A stretch of 64,000 nt of DNA from Planctomycetota bacterium (GTDB lineage Bacteria; Planctomycetota; UBA1135; UBA2386). The translations under genes and the position numbers were made by a program. The DNA is taken from contig OZ245006.1 of assembly GCA_965223545.1 (NCBI GenBank), positions 1,664,001 to 1,728,000 on the forward strand. The letters are read 5' to 3'. The notes beneath the pieces are model-generated. The model was not told the origin of the DNA, did no database searches, and saw only the letters and a program-made list of their open reading frames with translations. This document shows, piece after piece, positions 1-10,014 of this stretch (the first letter of the stretch is position 1; each line of letters starts with the position of its first letter).

Positions 1-1259
1 TGCAGAGTCGAGAACACCAGGTGGCCGGTGAGGCTCGCCTCGATCGCGGTCTGCGCGGTCTCCCGGTCGCGAATCTCACCCACCAGGATGACGTCGGGGT
101 CCTGGCGCAGGATGGTGCGCAGCACCGCTGCGTAGCTGACCCCGATCTCGTCGTTGACCGGGATCTGGACGATGCCCTCGAGGTCGTACTCGACGGGGTC
201 CTCGACCGTGATGATCTTGACCTCCTCGCGATTGGCCTCGTTGAGCAGGGCGTAGAGCGTCGTGGTCTTGCCCGAACCCGTCGGGCCGGTGACCAGCACG
301 ATGCCGTGCGGCAGGCCGGTCAGCGCGCGCAGCTGCTGCTTCTGCTCGGTGTAGAAGCCCAGATTGTCGACGTCGAGCGACACCACCGAGCGGTCGAGGA
401 TGCGCATCACGCAGGACTCGCCGAACATGGTCGGCAGGGTCGACACGCGCAGGTCGACCGGCCGGCCGCCGACCGAAAGCTCGATGCGGCCGTCTTGCGG
501 CAGCCGGGTCTCCGCGATGTCGAGGTCGGCCATCACCTTGACGCGCGAGATCAGCGCCACCGCGAGGTGTGGCGGCGGCGCCTCGAGCTCGTAGAGCACG
601 CCGTCGACGCGGTAGCGGATCTTGAAGTCACTCTCGAACGGCTCGAGGTGGATGTCGGCAGCCTTGTCGCGGATCGCCTGGAACAAGACGTAGTTCAGTA
701 GCTTGACCACCGGCGCGGCGGCCGCCATCGCCTGCTTGTCCTCGAGGTCTAGCTTGCCGCCCTCGCGCTGCAGCTCGGCGACGAGCTGCTTCATCTCCGC
801 CTTGGCGGCGGTGGCCTCCTCCTGATAGTTGCGCTCGAGTGCGGCGACGATGTGCTCTTCGGCCGCCACCATGCCCTGCACCTCCAGGCCGGTGGTGAAC
901 GCCAGGTCGTTGAGCACCGAGACGTTTTGCGGGTCGGCCAGCGCCACCGCGAGCACGCCGTTGTCGATCGACACCGGGATCACACGGAACGCCCGCGCGC
1001 TGGCGGCGTCGAGGCGCCGGACCGCGTCGGGGTCGATCTGCTGCGTGGTCAGATCGCAGAACGTCAACCCGGCTTGCTCGGCCAGGGCCTTGCCCAAGTC
1101 CTGCGCGTCGATGTGGCCCAGCTCGATGAGGATCTCGCCGATGCGACCGCCGCGCTCGCGCTGGATGTTGAGCGCCTCCTGCACCATCCCCTCGTGGATG
1201 GTGCCCACGCGCTTGAGGATCTGCCCGATCAGCTGGCGGCCGGAAACTCGTTGCGCCAT
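1..1259 (-). CDS. pilB: Type IV pilus/T2SS assembly ATPase PilB/GspE (3' end runs off the window)
   Basis: Manual translation from ATG at 1259 (MAQRVSGRQLIGQILK...): MshEN-like N-terminus (RIGEILIELGHIDAQDLGKALAEQ), DIHLEPFE, RYRVDGVL, Walker A GPTGSGKTTT, EDPVEY, LRQDPDVILVGEIRD, LTGHLVFSTL. Absent from the ORF track because it is truncated. Confidence 0.9.
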   Translation of the reverse strand, partial: MAQRVSGRQLIGQILKRVGTIHEGMVQEALNIQRERGGRIGEILIELGHIDAQDLGKALAEQAGLTFCDLTTQQIDPDAVRRLDAASARAFRVIPVSIDNGVLAVALADPQNVSVLNDLAFTTGLEVQGMVAAEEHIVAALERNYQEEATAAKAEMKQLVAELQREGGKLDLEDKQAMAAAAPVVKLLNYVLFQAIRDKAADIHLEPFESDFKIRYRVDGVLYELEAPPPHLAVALISRVKVMADLDIAETRLPQDGRIELSVGGRPVDLRVSTLPTMFGESCVMRILDRSVVSLDVDNLGFYTEQKQQLRALTGLPHGIVLVTGPTGSGKTTTLYALLNEANREEVKIITVEDPVEYDLEGIVQIPVNDEIGVSYAAVLRTILRQDPDVILVGEIRDRETAQTAIEASLTGHLVFSTL

Positions 1260-1264
1260 CGGGT

Positions 1265-2332
1265 CTAAGCGCCCCCACCGCCGGCGCGCTGTTCCATGCC
1301 GGCGCGGTCGAAGCAGCGCTCCAGCAGAGTCTCACGGTCGATGCGCCCCGACTGGTAGAGCTGCAGCAGCGAATCGTCGAGCAGACACATGCCGGCGCGG
1401 CGGCTAGTCTGGATCACCGACGGGATCTTGAAGGTCTCGCACTTGCGGATGTGGTTCTCGATCGCCGGCGTGCTGATCATCACTTCGAAGGCGGCGACGC
1501 GGCCCTCGCCGTCGGCGGTCGGCACCAAGATCTGCGAGATCACGGCAACCAACGACACCGCGAGCTGCGAGCGAATCTGCTCCTGCTGGTCGGTCGGATA
1601 CTGATCGATGATCCGGTCGACGGTGCGCGCCGAGCCGGTCGTGTGCAGGGTGCCGAACACCAAGTGGCCGGTCTCCGCCGCGGTGATCGCCGCCGACGTG
1701 GTTTCCAGATCGCGCATTTCGCCGAGCAGGATCACGTCCGGGTCCTGCCGCAGAACCCGGCGCATCGCCTCGGGGAACGTCGGCACGTCGGTGCCGACCT
1801 CGCGCTGCGTGACCTGCGCGCGCCGGTGCTCGTGGTAGTACTCGATCGGGTCCTCGATGGTGACGATGTGGACCTCGCGGTTGCGATTGATCCAGTCGAG
1901 CATCGTGGCGAGCGTCGTCGTCTTGCCCGAACCGGTCGGCCCGGTGACCAGGATCAGACCGCGGTGCAGGGTCAGCAGCTTCTGCACCGACTCGGGCAAA
2001 CCGATCTGCTCGAGCGACAGCAGCTTGTGCGGAATGAGCCGCATCACGATGCCGCGGGCGCCCTTCTGCGTGAGCACGCTGACGCGGAAGCGGCATTTGG
2101 ATTCGTGCGCGTAGCCGAAGTCGGTGGTGCCGCGCTCCTCGAGCTCCCTAGAGTTCTGCACCGGCGCGAACTGCTCGACCATGCCGTCGATGTCCTCCGG
2201 GGTCAGCGGCTCGCCCTCGAGCTCGACCAACCCGCCGTGCACCCGCAGCACTGGTGGCCGGCCGACCGAGACGTGAAGGTCGGACGCGCCGCGCTCGAAG
2301 CAGGCGTCCATCAGCTCGAAGATGTCGTGCAT
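1265..2332 (-). CDS. pilT: Type IV pilus retraction ATPase PilT
   Basis: ASDLH, GPTGSGKTTT, TIEDPIEY, LRQDPDVILLGEMRD, AETGHLVFGTLH and an AIRNLIRE-like motif (AIENHIRK); 355 aa. Confidence 0.93.
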   Translation of the reverse strand: MHDIFELMDACFERGASDLHVSVGRPPVLRVHGGLVELEGEPLTPEDIDGMVEQFAPVQNSRELEERGTTDFGYAHESKCRFRVSVLTQKGARGIVMRLIPHKLLSLEQIGLPESVQKLLTLHRGLILVTGPTGSGKTTTLATMLDWINRNREVHIVTIEDPIEYYHEHRRAQVTQREVGTDVPTFPEAMRRVLRQDPDVILLGEMRDLETTSAAITAAETGHLVFGTLHTTGSARTVDRIIDQYPTDQQEQIRSQLAVSLVAVISQILVPTADGEGRVAAFEVMISTPAIENHIRKCETFKIPSVIQTSRRAGMCLLDDSLLQLYQSGRIDRETLLERCFDRAGMEQRAGGGGA

Positions 2333-2410
2333 CGTTTTCGTTCGCCTCCTGGCGCCCCATCTTGGCGCAGGTCGGCAACAACACCAAACGTCAACGCGCG
2401 TGCTTGCGCA

Positions 2411-4063
2411 TTACATGGCCGCCGTGACGCGCAACAGCTCCTCGACTGAGGTCCGCCCCTGCAGCACCTTGCGGACGCCATCGCCGGTCAGCGTCGACAT
2501 TCCGCCCGACGTCCGGGCGTAGTCCCGCAACCGGCCGGTGGCCTCCCCGCGATAGGTGTACTCGCGCAGGGTGTTGTCCATCACCATCAGCTCGAAGATG
2601 CCGATCCGACCGCGGTAGCCGTTGCCGTCGCACGCCTCGCAGCCGCCCTTGCCGAACAGCTCGATGTCGGCACCGGGCTCGAGGCCCAGCGTGCGCAGCT
2701 CGACGTCGTTCGCGCGGTACGGCACGCGGCAGGCCGGACAAAGCACGCGCACCAGGCGCTGCGCCATCACGGCCTGCAGCGAAGCCGAGACCAGGAACGG
2801 CTTGACGCCCATGTCGACCAGCCGGGTGATCGCCGAGGGCGCGTCGTTGGTGTGCAGCGTCGAAAACACCAAGTGCCCCGTCAACGCCGCCTGCACCGCG
2901 ATCTCGGCGGTCTCGGCGTCGCGGATCTCACCGACCAGGATGATGTTGGGCGCCTGGCGCAGCATCGCCCGCAGGATGCGGGCGAAGTCGAGACCGATCC
3001 GCGAGCGCACCTGACACTGGTTGATGCCGGCGATGCTGAACTCGACCGGATCCTCGGCAGTGATGATCTTGGTGTCGCTGCGGTTGAGCCGGTTCAACGC
3101 GGCGTAGAGCGTCGTCGTCTTGCCTGAGCCGGTCGGTCCGGTGACCAAGAAAATGCCGTTGGGACGCTTGATCAGACGCTGGAACCGCTCGAGATCGTCG
3201 CCTTCGAAACCCAGCCCCTCGAGCGACAGCAGGCTCTGCTCCTTGTCGAGCAGGCGCATGACGATCGTCTCGCCGTGGTTTCCCGGCAGCACCGACGTGC
3301 GGATGTCGATGGCTTTGCCAGCCGTGCGAAAGTCGATGCGGCCGTCCTGCGGCTTGCGGCGCTCGGCGATGTCGAGCGCTGCCATGATCTTCAGCCGCGA
3401 TGTCAGCGGCCCGTGCAGCGCGATGTCCAGCGAAGCGTGCTCGCGCAGGACGCCGTCGACGCGGTAGCGCACCCGCAGCCGGCCCTCGAACGGCTCGATG
3501 TGGATGTCGCTGGCGCGCGCCTGCATCGCCTCCTCGATGGTGCGCTGCACCAGGCGGATGATCGGCGCATCCTCGTCCTCGCCCGCCGTGGCGCCGCCGC
3601 GCGTTGCCGCGCCGCCGCCGGCAGCCGTCGCCGGCCCCGAACCACCGAGGGCGCGGGCGATCGCCTCCTTGAGCGCGCCGGGGGGTGCCAGCGCACAACG
3701 CACCTCACAACCGGCGAAGAAGGCGAGGTTGTCGGCGACGTAGGTCTTGATCGGGTCGGAGATCGCGACGTAGAGACGGCCGTCGCGCACCTGCACCGGC
3801 AGCAGCCCCTCGGCCTCGATCTGGTCGCGGGGCACCATGCCCAGCAGCTCGGGCCCCACGGTCGCCTTGCGCGGATCGACGAACGGCAAGCCCGACGCCG
3901 CGGCCAGGCACCGGTACACATCGGCCTCCGACGCCCCCTGCGCCAGCACGGCTTTGGCCAAAGGCATGCCACGGCTGCGCGCCATGGCCTGCGCCTTGTC
4001 CAAGTCGGCCGGCTCGAGAACGCCCTTGTCCGCCAGGGCGCGAGCCAGCGCGGCGTCGCTCAA
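2411..4063 (-). CDS. Second PilB/GspE-family secretion ATPase
   Basis: ASDIHIEP, GPTGSGKTTT, EDPVEF, GEIRD, TGHLVFSTLHTNDAP, tetracysteine CPAC...CEAC; TTG start overlapping the upstream stop. Confidence 0.9.
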   Translation of the reverse strand: MSDAALARALADKGVLEPADLDKAQAMARSRGMPLAKAVLAQGASEADVYRCLAAASGLPFVDPRKATVGPELLGMVPRDQIEAEGLLPVQVRDGRLYVAISDPIKTYVADNLAFFAGCEVRCALAPPGALKEAIARALGGSGPATAAGGGAATRGGATAGEDEDAPIIRLVQRTIEEAMQARASDIHIEPFEGRLRVRYRVDGVLREHASLDIALHGPLTSRLKIMAALDIAERRKPQDGRIDFRTAGKAIDIRTSVLPGNHGETIVMRLLDKEQSLLSLEGLGFEGDDLERFQRLIKRPNGIFLVTGPTGSGKTTTLYAALNRLNRSDTKIITAEDPVEFSIAGINQCQVRSRIGLDFARILRAMLRQAPNIILVGEIRDAETAEIAVQAALTGHLVFSTLHTNDAPSAITRLVDMGVKPFLVSASLQAVMAQRLVRVLCPACRVPYRANDVELRTLGLEPGADIELFGKGGCEACDGNGYRGRIGIFELMVMDNTLREYTYRGEATGRLRDYARTSGGMSTLTGDGVRKVLQGRTSVEELLRVTAAM

Positions 4064-5277
4064 CGGACGAACCCGTTGAACATCACCTCTTTGAGCCGCG
4101 AAGCGGGGTGGTTGAGGTGGATGCGCAACAGACCGTTCATGTAGGTGCCAGCCTGCACCCCCTTGTCGACCTCGATGTGTACGACGATGTCGCGGCCGTC
4201 CTTCTCGTGCGTGAAGCGGACCGCCTCCTTGTCGGGCGGCTTGATACCGTGGAGGCGAACGACTTCGAGCTTCTCGACCTGCAGATCGAAGTCACCGCTC
4301 GGCGACAGCACGACCTCGGCAGTCTTGCCCTCGTCGGACTTGATGTGACCGAGGGAGACGAAGCCACCGGGCTTGAGTGTCAGCGGCCCCTTGATCATGG
4401 CGATGACGCGCGCAGACACGGCCTTGCCGTCGACGTCGGTCGCGAACTGGATCAGACCGCCACCATCGGCCTCGTCGACCTCGGGGCCATACGTCCCGCG
4501 CACGTGCCACACGGCGCGGTCGTCGCGCATCTCCTTCTCGTACTCGATGCGCATACCCTTCGACAGCTCCTCGTGCGACAGCAGGTTGAAGTCCTGCTGC
4601 ATCGGCGAAGAGATGCGGAACTCGAACTCGCGCTTGTCACCCCATGCCATCTCGTTGAGGTTGACGTCCGGCGGTTCGACGACGAAGTACTGCGCACCCG
4701 TCGCCTGCCACTGCAGGTTGACCAACGGCAGCTCCTCGTCGGACGTCTGCAGCGAGACCAGCGCGTCCTTCCGACCACGCACGCCGTGCATGGTCATGTG
4801 CACCTCGACTTCGCCCTTCTCTTCGCTGCCGACGTTGATGTGCCGCACCTGCTCCCGCTGCTCGGCACCATCGACCGACTCGACCCGGTACAACAGCTTG
4901 TCTGCCCCGATCTCGTAGGTGCGATCGCCGACCCGAATGATCGCCTTGGTGCAGGCGCAGTTCGGCTGGATGTTGCTCAGCTGATGCTCGGCCTCGCGCG
5001 GGTTGTGGAACAGGAACTTGCCGACCGCGACCTCGTCGTCGAAGTAGGTGCCGAGATCCCGTCGCGTCGCCTCGAACCAGTCGTTGGGGCCGGGGTCGAC
5101 CTGCTGGCCCCCCGCCTGCGGCGCCGGTCCCTGCGGGTTGACGGGCCCTTGAACGGGGGCGTGGGTGTGTCCCTCGTGGCCATGGCCCTCGTGCCCGGGA
5201 TCCTGTGCGGTGAGGATCGGGAGGAGGAGAGCGGTCACGGCCGAGCCGGCGATGCTGATGCTGCTCATGCTGGTCAT
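4060..5277 (-). CDS. Secreted protein with DUF1573-like Ig domains
   Basis: Signal peptide, His-rich segment (GHEGHGHEGHTH), 'LSNIQPNCACT' resembling the DUF1573 CGCT motif, beta-rich repeats. Start chosen at ATG 5277; uncertain. Confidence 0.6.
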   Translation of the reverse strand: MTSMSSISIAGSAVTALLLPILTAQDPGHEGHGHEGHTHAPVQGPVNPQGPAPQAGGQQVDPGPNDWFEATRRDLGTYFDDEVAVGKFLFHNPREAEHQLSNIQPNCACTKAIIRVGDRTYEIGADKLLYRVESVDGAEQREQVRHINVGSEEKGEVEVHMTMHGVRGRKDALVSLQTSDEELPLVNLQWQATGAQYFVVEPPDVNLNEMAWGDKREFEFRISSPMQQDFNLLSHEELSKGMRIEYEKEMRDDRAVWHVRGTYGPEVDEADGGGLIQFATDVDGKAVSARVIAMIKGPLTLKPGGFVSLGHIKSDEGKTAEVVLSPSGDFDLQVEKLEVVRLHGIKPPDKEAVRFTHEKDGRDIVVHIEVDKGVQAGTYMNGLLRIHLNHPASRLKEVMFNGFVR

Positions 5278-5402
5278 GGGTCGAGTTGGAATCCGGATCG
5301 TCTTGACGCCCATCTGAACGGGCAGAACTCCCCTTGGACTCCCGCGGAAATGCGAAACAGAGAAGGCCGAAAGTGGGCGGGAGAGTATAGCCTCCGAGGG
5401 GA

Positions 5403-6041
5403 ATGGGTTTACCAGCCACAGCGCGCCGTCTTGCCGCGGCGGCCGCCCTGCTCCCCCTGAGCGGATGCTGCGACCTCGCCCTGTGGTGGTGCGGCCCGGA
5501 CAAGAGCCACTGGGTGGCACAGAGCTTCCTGACCCCGGATGAGGCCCTGGCCACGTTCGTCGAGGCGACCCGGCGCGACCGGCCCGACATCGTCTACCGG
5601 GCGTTGTCGGAGGGTTTCAAGCAGCGGGTCGGGCTACCCGGCGCGTTCGAGGCCGCCGTCGGCTGGGAGCGGCTCAAGGAGCAGTACTCGGGCATCCACC
5701 TCCTGGCCCGCGCGACCATCTCGCCGGCCGAGCGGCTCGCCGACGACCGGGTGCGCTACCGGCTGGAGCTGCGCGGCTACCGCTTCGACGTCGAGCTGGT
5801 CCGGCTGGCCTGGGTCGGGCTGCGCTATGACGTCGACGGCGCCTCCGAGCCACTCGAAGCCTTCGTCGGCGAGCTGCGCGACCACATCGCGCTCGGGCCG
5901 GGGCTGATTCCCAGCAGCGTGCGACTCGAGGTTCCGCTGGACGGCGCGCCGGACGACGTGCTCGACCGTCTGGAGGGGATCGGCGCCGGCTACCGGTGGA
6001 AGATCGACCACCTCGCGCAGGTCACCGACGAGGACAGCTGA
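5403..6041 (+). CDS. Hypothetical lipoprotein
   Basis: Lipobox-like LLPLSGC, globular composition, typical codon usage. Confidence 0.65.
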   Translation: MGLPATARRLAAAAALLPLSGCCDLALWWCGPDKSHWVAQSFLTPDEALATFVEATRRDRPDIVYRALSEGFKQRVGLPGAFEAAVGWERLKEQYSGIHLLARATISPAERLADDRVRYRLELRGYRFDVELVRLAWVGLRYDVDGASEPLEAFVGELRDHIALGPGLIPSSVRLEVPLDGAPDDVLDRLEGIGAGYRWKIDHLAQVTDEDS

Positions 6042-6057
6042 GGCTCTACGAGCAAGC

Positions 6058-6142
6058 GCGAGACGTACGGAGTCAGGCTCGATTTTCTCGCTTGGCGGCT
6101 GCCGCCAAGCGAGAAAATCGAGCCTGACTCCGTACGTCTCGC
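6058..6142. repeat. REP-like doublet: perfect 42-bp inverted repeat with 1-nt loop
   Basis: GCGAGACGTACGGAGTCAGGCTCGATTTTCTCGCTTGGCGGC-T-reverse complement, between convergent genes. Confidence 0.95.
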
Positions 6143-6195
6143 ACACTCGAAATCCAACCGGGGCCGCGCAACGATGCCGTTTTCGAACGCGCTCC

Positions 6196-7851
6196 CTACC
6201 GCGCCATCAGCACCGTCACGCGGTGCGGTTCCGCACCCGCCGCCCGGAGCCGCCCGCCATGCACGTCCTTGGCCGTGAACGGGTGGTGCATGACGACGTC
6301 CTGCTTGCCGTCCCTGTTCACGTCCGTCAGCCAGGTGTACTCCTCGTCGTTCGGCGCCGAGAGCCGGATTCGCGCGGGCTCCTCCGCGAAGAGCTCCCGT
6401 CCCGGAATCCCGACGAAGACCTCGACGAATCGCGGATGGTCCGCGACGAACATGTCGAGGCGTCCGTCTCCCGTGACGTCGCCGAAGCGCACGGTCGAGT
6501 TGAACGCCTTCGGCCAGATCGCCTGGTTTCGGCGCCCTTCGTGCGTCGCCCCTCGCAGGACGATCTCCGCCGGCACCCACCCGTGCTCGCGATGGCTCGG
6601 AGGCCCATCCAACGCGCGGGTCCGCACCGTGTCCGGCGCGGCGGAGTACTGCCCGTCCCGCATGCGGTGGAAGGCGAGCTGCATCAACACGTCGTCGCCC
6701 ATCGCCCCTTTGAATCGCTTCCACAGGCCCCCTGTCAGAAAGCGGTCCTCGATGGTCGTGCGCACGACATCGCGCGCGCCATCGCCATCGAAGTCGTACA
6801 GCTCCAACCCGAGCTGGAGGCTGCCCCGAGTTTGCAGGGAGGCGCCGACGTCGGACGCAAAGCGCGTCCCGCCGTCCGCCGAGCGGGCACCGAAGTGGAT
6901 CTCGTACACCGAGTGCTCCAGCGCGCGAGGCCCGCGGGACAGGGAGTGGACCACCAGATCACCGACGCCATCGCCGTTCATGTCCACTATCGCGTCCAGG
7001 ACGCGACCCGCCATCTCCCCCGAGGCGAAGAAGGAGGGATCGTCCGAGTCGATGACGACCTCGGTCGAGAGTGTCATGGGCTCGGACGCGAGCTCCCCGC
7101 CCTCGCCCTGCAGCCAGACGTCGAAATGATCCGCGTCCCAGCTCACCAGATCGCCCCGGCCGTCGTGGTCGCAGTCCATCCCGTACACGCGACTCTGACT
7201 CCAGGGATCGTAGCGATAGCCGTCGGCTCCGTAGATCCGACTCAAGTCCGGAGTCGAGCCAACACTCACCGGATCCTCGAAGGCGCCGCTCTCGGTCTGG
7301 ACGAAGACGTGAAACCCATCCGCCGACGGAACGACCAGATCGTCTCGACCATCGCCGTTCACGTCGCGGGTGAGGTCCACGTGGGGCACCTCGTTCGCGC
7401 GCGGCGGCTCGAAGCTCGCTTCTACTCGAACGAGCTCGCGCACGACTCCCGATTCGGGATCGAACCAATCGACACGCCCGGGACGGTAGGCAATTAGCCG
7501 ATCCCGACCGCCGAGCTCGACCACGTCGACGAACTCGACCGCGGCATCGAGCGTCGCGTCGAGACGCGACGTCCAAGCACTTCCCTCAAACCCGTAGAGC
7601 CGAAGGCTGCGCTCCCCGTCCGCCTCGACCTTGACTACGGCAAACTCCGCGACAGCGCCGCCGAGGAGAAAGCCGGTCAACACGGTGGGGCGATCCGCGA
7701 AGCCGATGCCGAAATCGCAGCGGTCGAAGAGGCGGGAGGTAGGCGTCGCGCGGGACGAGTCAGAAGCCGGCTGCCAGCTGGCACATGTCATGCAACCCAG
7801 CAGCAGAGAACCGACAACGCAGACGAGCGGCCAACCGTGCTTGGGAGCCAT
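6196..7851 (-). CDS. FG-GAP/VCBS repeat lipoprotein
   Basis: Repeated DxNGDGRxDL motifs (DVNGDGRDDL, DMNGDGVGDL, DFDGDGARDV, DVTGDGRLDM, DVNRDGKQDV); LLLGC lipobox after ATG 7851. Confidence 0.8.
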   Translation of the reverse strand: MAPKHGWPLVCVVGSLLLGCMTCASWQPASDSSRATPTSRLFDRCDFGIGFADRPTVLTGFLLGGAVAEFAVVKVEADGERSLRLYGFEGSAWTSRLDATLDAAVEFVDVVELGGRDRLIAYRPGRVDWFDPESGVVRELVRVEASFEPPRANEVPHVDLTRDVNGDGRDDLVVPSADGFHVFVQTESGAFEDPVSVGSTPDLSRIYGADGYRYDPWSQSRVYGMDCDHDGRGDLVSWDADHFDVWLQGEGGELASEPMTLSTEVVIDSDDPSFFASGEMAGRVLDAIVDMNGDGVGDLVVHSLSRGPRALEHSVYEIHFGARSADGGTRFASDVGASLQTRGSLQLGLELYDFDGDGARDVVRTTIEDRFLTGGLWKRFKGAMGDDVLMQLAFHRMRDGQYSAAPDTVRTRALDGPPSHREHGWVPAEIVLRGATHEGRRNQAIWPKAFNSTVRFGDVTGDGRLDMFVADHPRFVEVFVGIPGRELFAEEPARIRLSAPNDEEYTWLTDVNRDGKQDVVMHHPFTAKDVHGGRLRAAGAEPHRVTVLMAR

Positions 7852-8009
7852 GGCCGGGCATTGTCGCGGTCTCTGCCTCGACGCAGGCGAAACACCTCCG
7901 AATCGCATCGATTCGGCCAGCGAATCGATCGCTGACTACCGCGGTTAACGGCAGCGGGGCGACCCATCAAGGCCGCCCCGTCCAGTGAGAGGAAACCGCC
8001 GGAGTTCGC

Positions 8010-8834
8010 TCAGCGCGTCAGGCGCGCCGGGGCTCCCTCCACCACCTCCGCACCGGCGGAGAAGTGCTGGCGGATTTCCTTGGCGATGTCGCGCCGCGGG
8101 TGGCTCCCGTGCGGCTGCCCTTCGAAGAACAGATCGTTCTGCAGGATCTTCTGCGCGACGTCGAGGCGCTCCTTGACCTCGGCCAGGACTTCCTTGGCCT
8201 CGCCCAGCGCGCTGTCGTCCAGCGTGAAGTTGCGCGAGCTGGCCTTCATTGCGTCGACCTGGGCCTGCTGGGTCTTCAGCTGCCCGATCAGGTCGACCAT
8301 GCGGCTCTTCTCGGCGCGCACGGTGTCCAGCTTGGTGCGAGCGGCGGCGACCGCGGCGGTCTCCCGCTCGATCAGCACCTTCTTGCTCTTCATCATCGAC
8401 TGGTTGGCCTTGAAGGACTCGAAGGTCCGCTCCAGGTCGATCTCGACCCGCTCGCGGCTGATCGTCTGGCCGCTGGCCAAGCGATAGTGGACGTCGCCGT
8501 CCCAAGCCGCCAGCTGCTCGGCGCCCGACTTGAGCTTGCGCTCGCCGCGCACGATCGCGCGCTCCAGGCCCTCGACGTCGTCGACCAAGCGCTCCAGCCG
8601 CACCTCGGCGCGGGCGACGTCGCGCTCGCACTGGCGGATCTGCGGGTCGATGTCGCGGATCAGCGACTCGGCGCGCTTGAGCTCGAACTCGATCGGGATC
8701 TCGCCGCGCACACTCTCCTTGACCGAGCTGGCCATCGTGCTGACGTAGCTGACGACGTTGTCACCGAAGACAAAGTAGCCAGCGCCGGCCATGCCCAGCG
8801 CTCCGATCAGGGTCCATTTCACAAGCTTCAGCAT
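8010..8834 (-). CDS. Membrane-anchored long coiled-coil protein, PspA/IM30-like
   Basis: N-terminal hydrophobic helix, then a continuous E/K/R/L-rich coiled coil; GGAGG RBS upstream of ATG 8834. Confidence 0.6.
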   Translation of the reverse strand: MLKLVKWTLIGALGMAGAGYFVFGDNVVSYVSTMASSVKESVRGEIPIEFELKRAESLIRDIDPQIRQCERDVARAEVRLERLVDDVEGLERAIVRGERKLKSGAEQLAAWDGDVHYRLASGQTISRERVEIDLERTFESFKANQSMMKSKKVLIERETAAVAAARTKLDTVRAEKSRMVDLIGQLKTQQAQVDAMKASSRNFTLDDSALGEAKEVLAEVKERLDVAQKILQNDLFFEGQPHGSHPRRDIAKEIRQHFSAGAEVVEGAPARLTR

Positions 8835-9023
8835 CGTAGGTATTGCCTCCTGGCGGTCGGTTTCCGGGGTCAGGAAGCGCTCGGGATGGCGCCCCAACTG
8901 ACGGTCCCCCATGCGGAAACGACTGCCAAAGATTTGCGCAGGCACCGTCTCTCGCGCGTTTTGCGGGCCAGGGGGCGGTCATCCCGGCAAAAATTGCCGA
9001 CACTGGCCGCTCGCGGCGCGGGC

Positions 9024-9335
9024 TCAGCGCGGGCGGGGCCGCAGAGCCGCCGCGGTCGATCGCATCAGACGATCTTTGAGGTCGACGAGCTTGCGCTGCG
9101 AGGCGTCGTCCGCCCGCGCGCGCAGGTCCTCGAGCACCGCGTTGCAGTACGGGCAAGCCGCCTCGCGCAGGTGGAAGTCCAAGAACTCGATCGCACCACT
9201 CTCCAGCGAGCCGGCATCGTAGGCGCGCAGCAGATCCGGGTGTGGGCAGGAGACCCGGTGCTCGCGCCACACCGAGCTGACGGTGAACGCCAGCGCGTCG
9301 TCGCGGTCGCCGCCCGCTGGTGCTCGATCGGTCAT
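9024..9335 (-). CDS. Small Zn-finger (ZAS-like) putative anti-sigma factor
   Basis: 103 aa, CPHP...HLREAACPYC motif, immediately downstream of an ECF sigma gene. Confidence 0.6.
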   Translation of the reverse strand: MTDRAPAGGDRDDALAFTVSSVWREHRVSCPHPDLLRAYDAGSLESGAIEFLDFHLREAACPYCNAVLEDLRARADDASQRKLVDLKDRLMRSTAAALRPRPR

Positions 9336-9337
9336 TG

Positions 9338-9991
9338 TCAGCGCGCTCCGGGCTGCCAGAGGCCGCCGAACAGCGAGTGGTTGGGGTCGTTCTGCCGCGC
9401 CAGACCGCGCAGCTTCTCGATGGCGCGGAACTTGACGCCGGCGACGATCTTCTCGTCCTGGATGCCGAAGCGCGCCGCGGCGTCCTTGTTGCGACCACCG
9501 AGCACGAACAGGTACTCCAGCACCTGCAGCTTCTGGAACTCGCCGGCCTCCCACAGCTCGCCGACGAACTCCTTGAGGATCCGCGCCAGCACCGCCTTGC
9601 GGCGCGTCGCGTTCTCGGCCTCGACCGCGTCGGCGGCGGGCTCGGGGGCGCCCTCGGCGTCCATGTTCTCCAGCCACACGCCGCTGTAGTCGCGCTCCTC
9701 GGCCTTCGCGGGGATCAGCCGGATCTTGTGCTTGCGGAAGTGATCGATGACGCGGTTCTTGGCGATGCCGAACAGGAACTGCTCGAGCGTGAAGCCGGGA
9801 TCGAACTTGGCGATGCCCTTGACCGCACCGAGGAACACGTCCTGGGTGAGATCCTCAGCGGTCTGGTGGTCGTCGACGTAGCGCTTGACGAAGAAGAACA
9901 CCCGCCGGAAGTACTCTTCCTGCAGACGCTCCCAGGCCAGCTCGTCCATGGCCTGGAGGTCGCGGATCTCGGGGTCGGGGTCGCTGTTCAT
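9338..9991 (-). CDS. ECF-type RNA polymerase sigma factor
   Basis: Region 2 AEDLTQDVFL...FLFGIAKNRVIDHFRK; region-4-like NKDAAARFGI...KFRAIEKLR; start ATG 9991. Confidence 0.85.
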   Translation of the reverse strand: MNSDPDPEIRDLQAMDELAWERLQEEYFRRVFFFVKRYVDDHQTAEDLTQDVFLGAVKGIAKFDPGFTLEQFLFGIAKNRVIDHFRKHKIRLIPAKAEERDYSGVWLENMDAEGAPEPAADAVEAENATRRKAVLARILKEFVGELWEAGEFQKLQVLEYLFVLGGRNKDAAARFGIQDEKIVAGVKFRAIEKLRGLARQNDPNHSLFGGLWQPGAR

Positions 9992-10014
9992 TAGGCTAGC
10001 GCTCCGCCGCCAGC

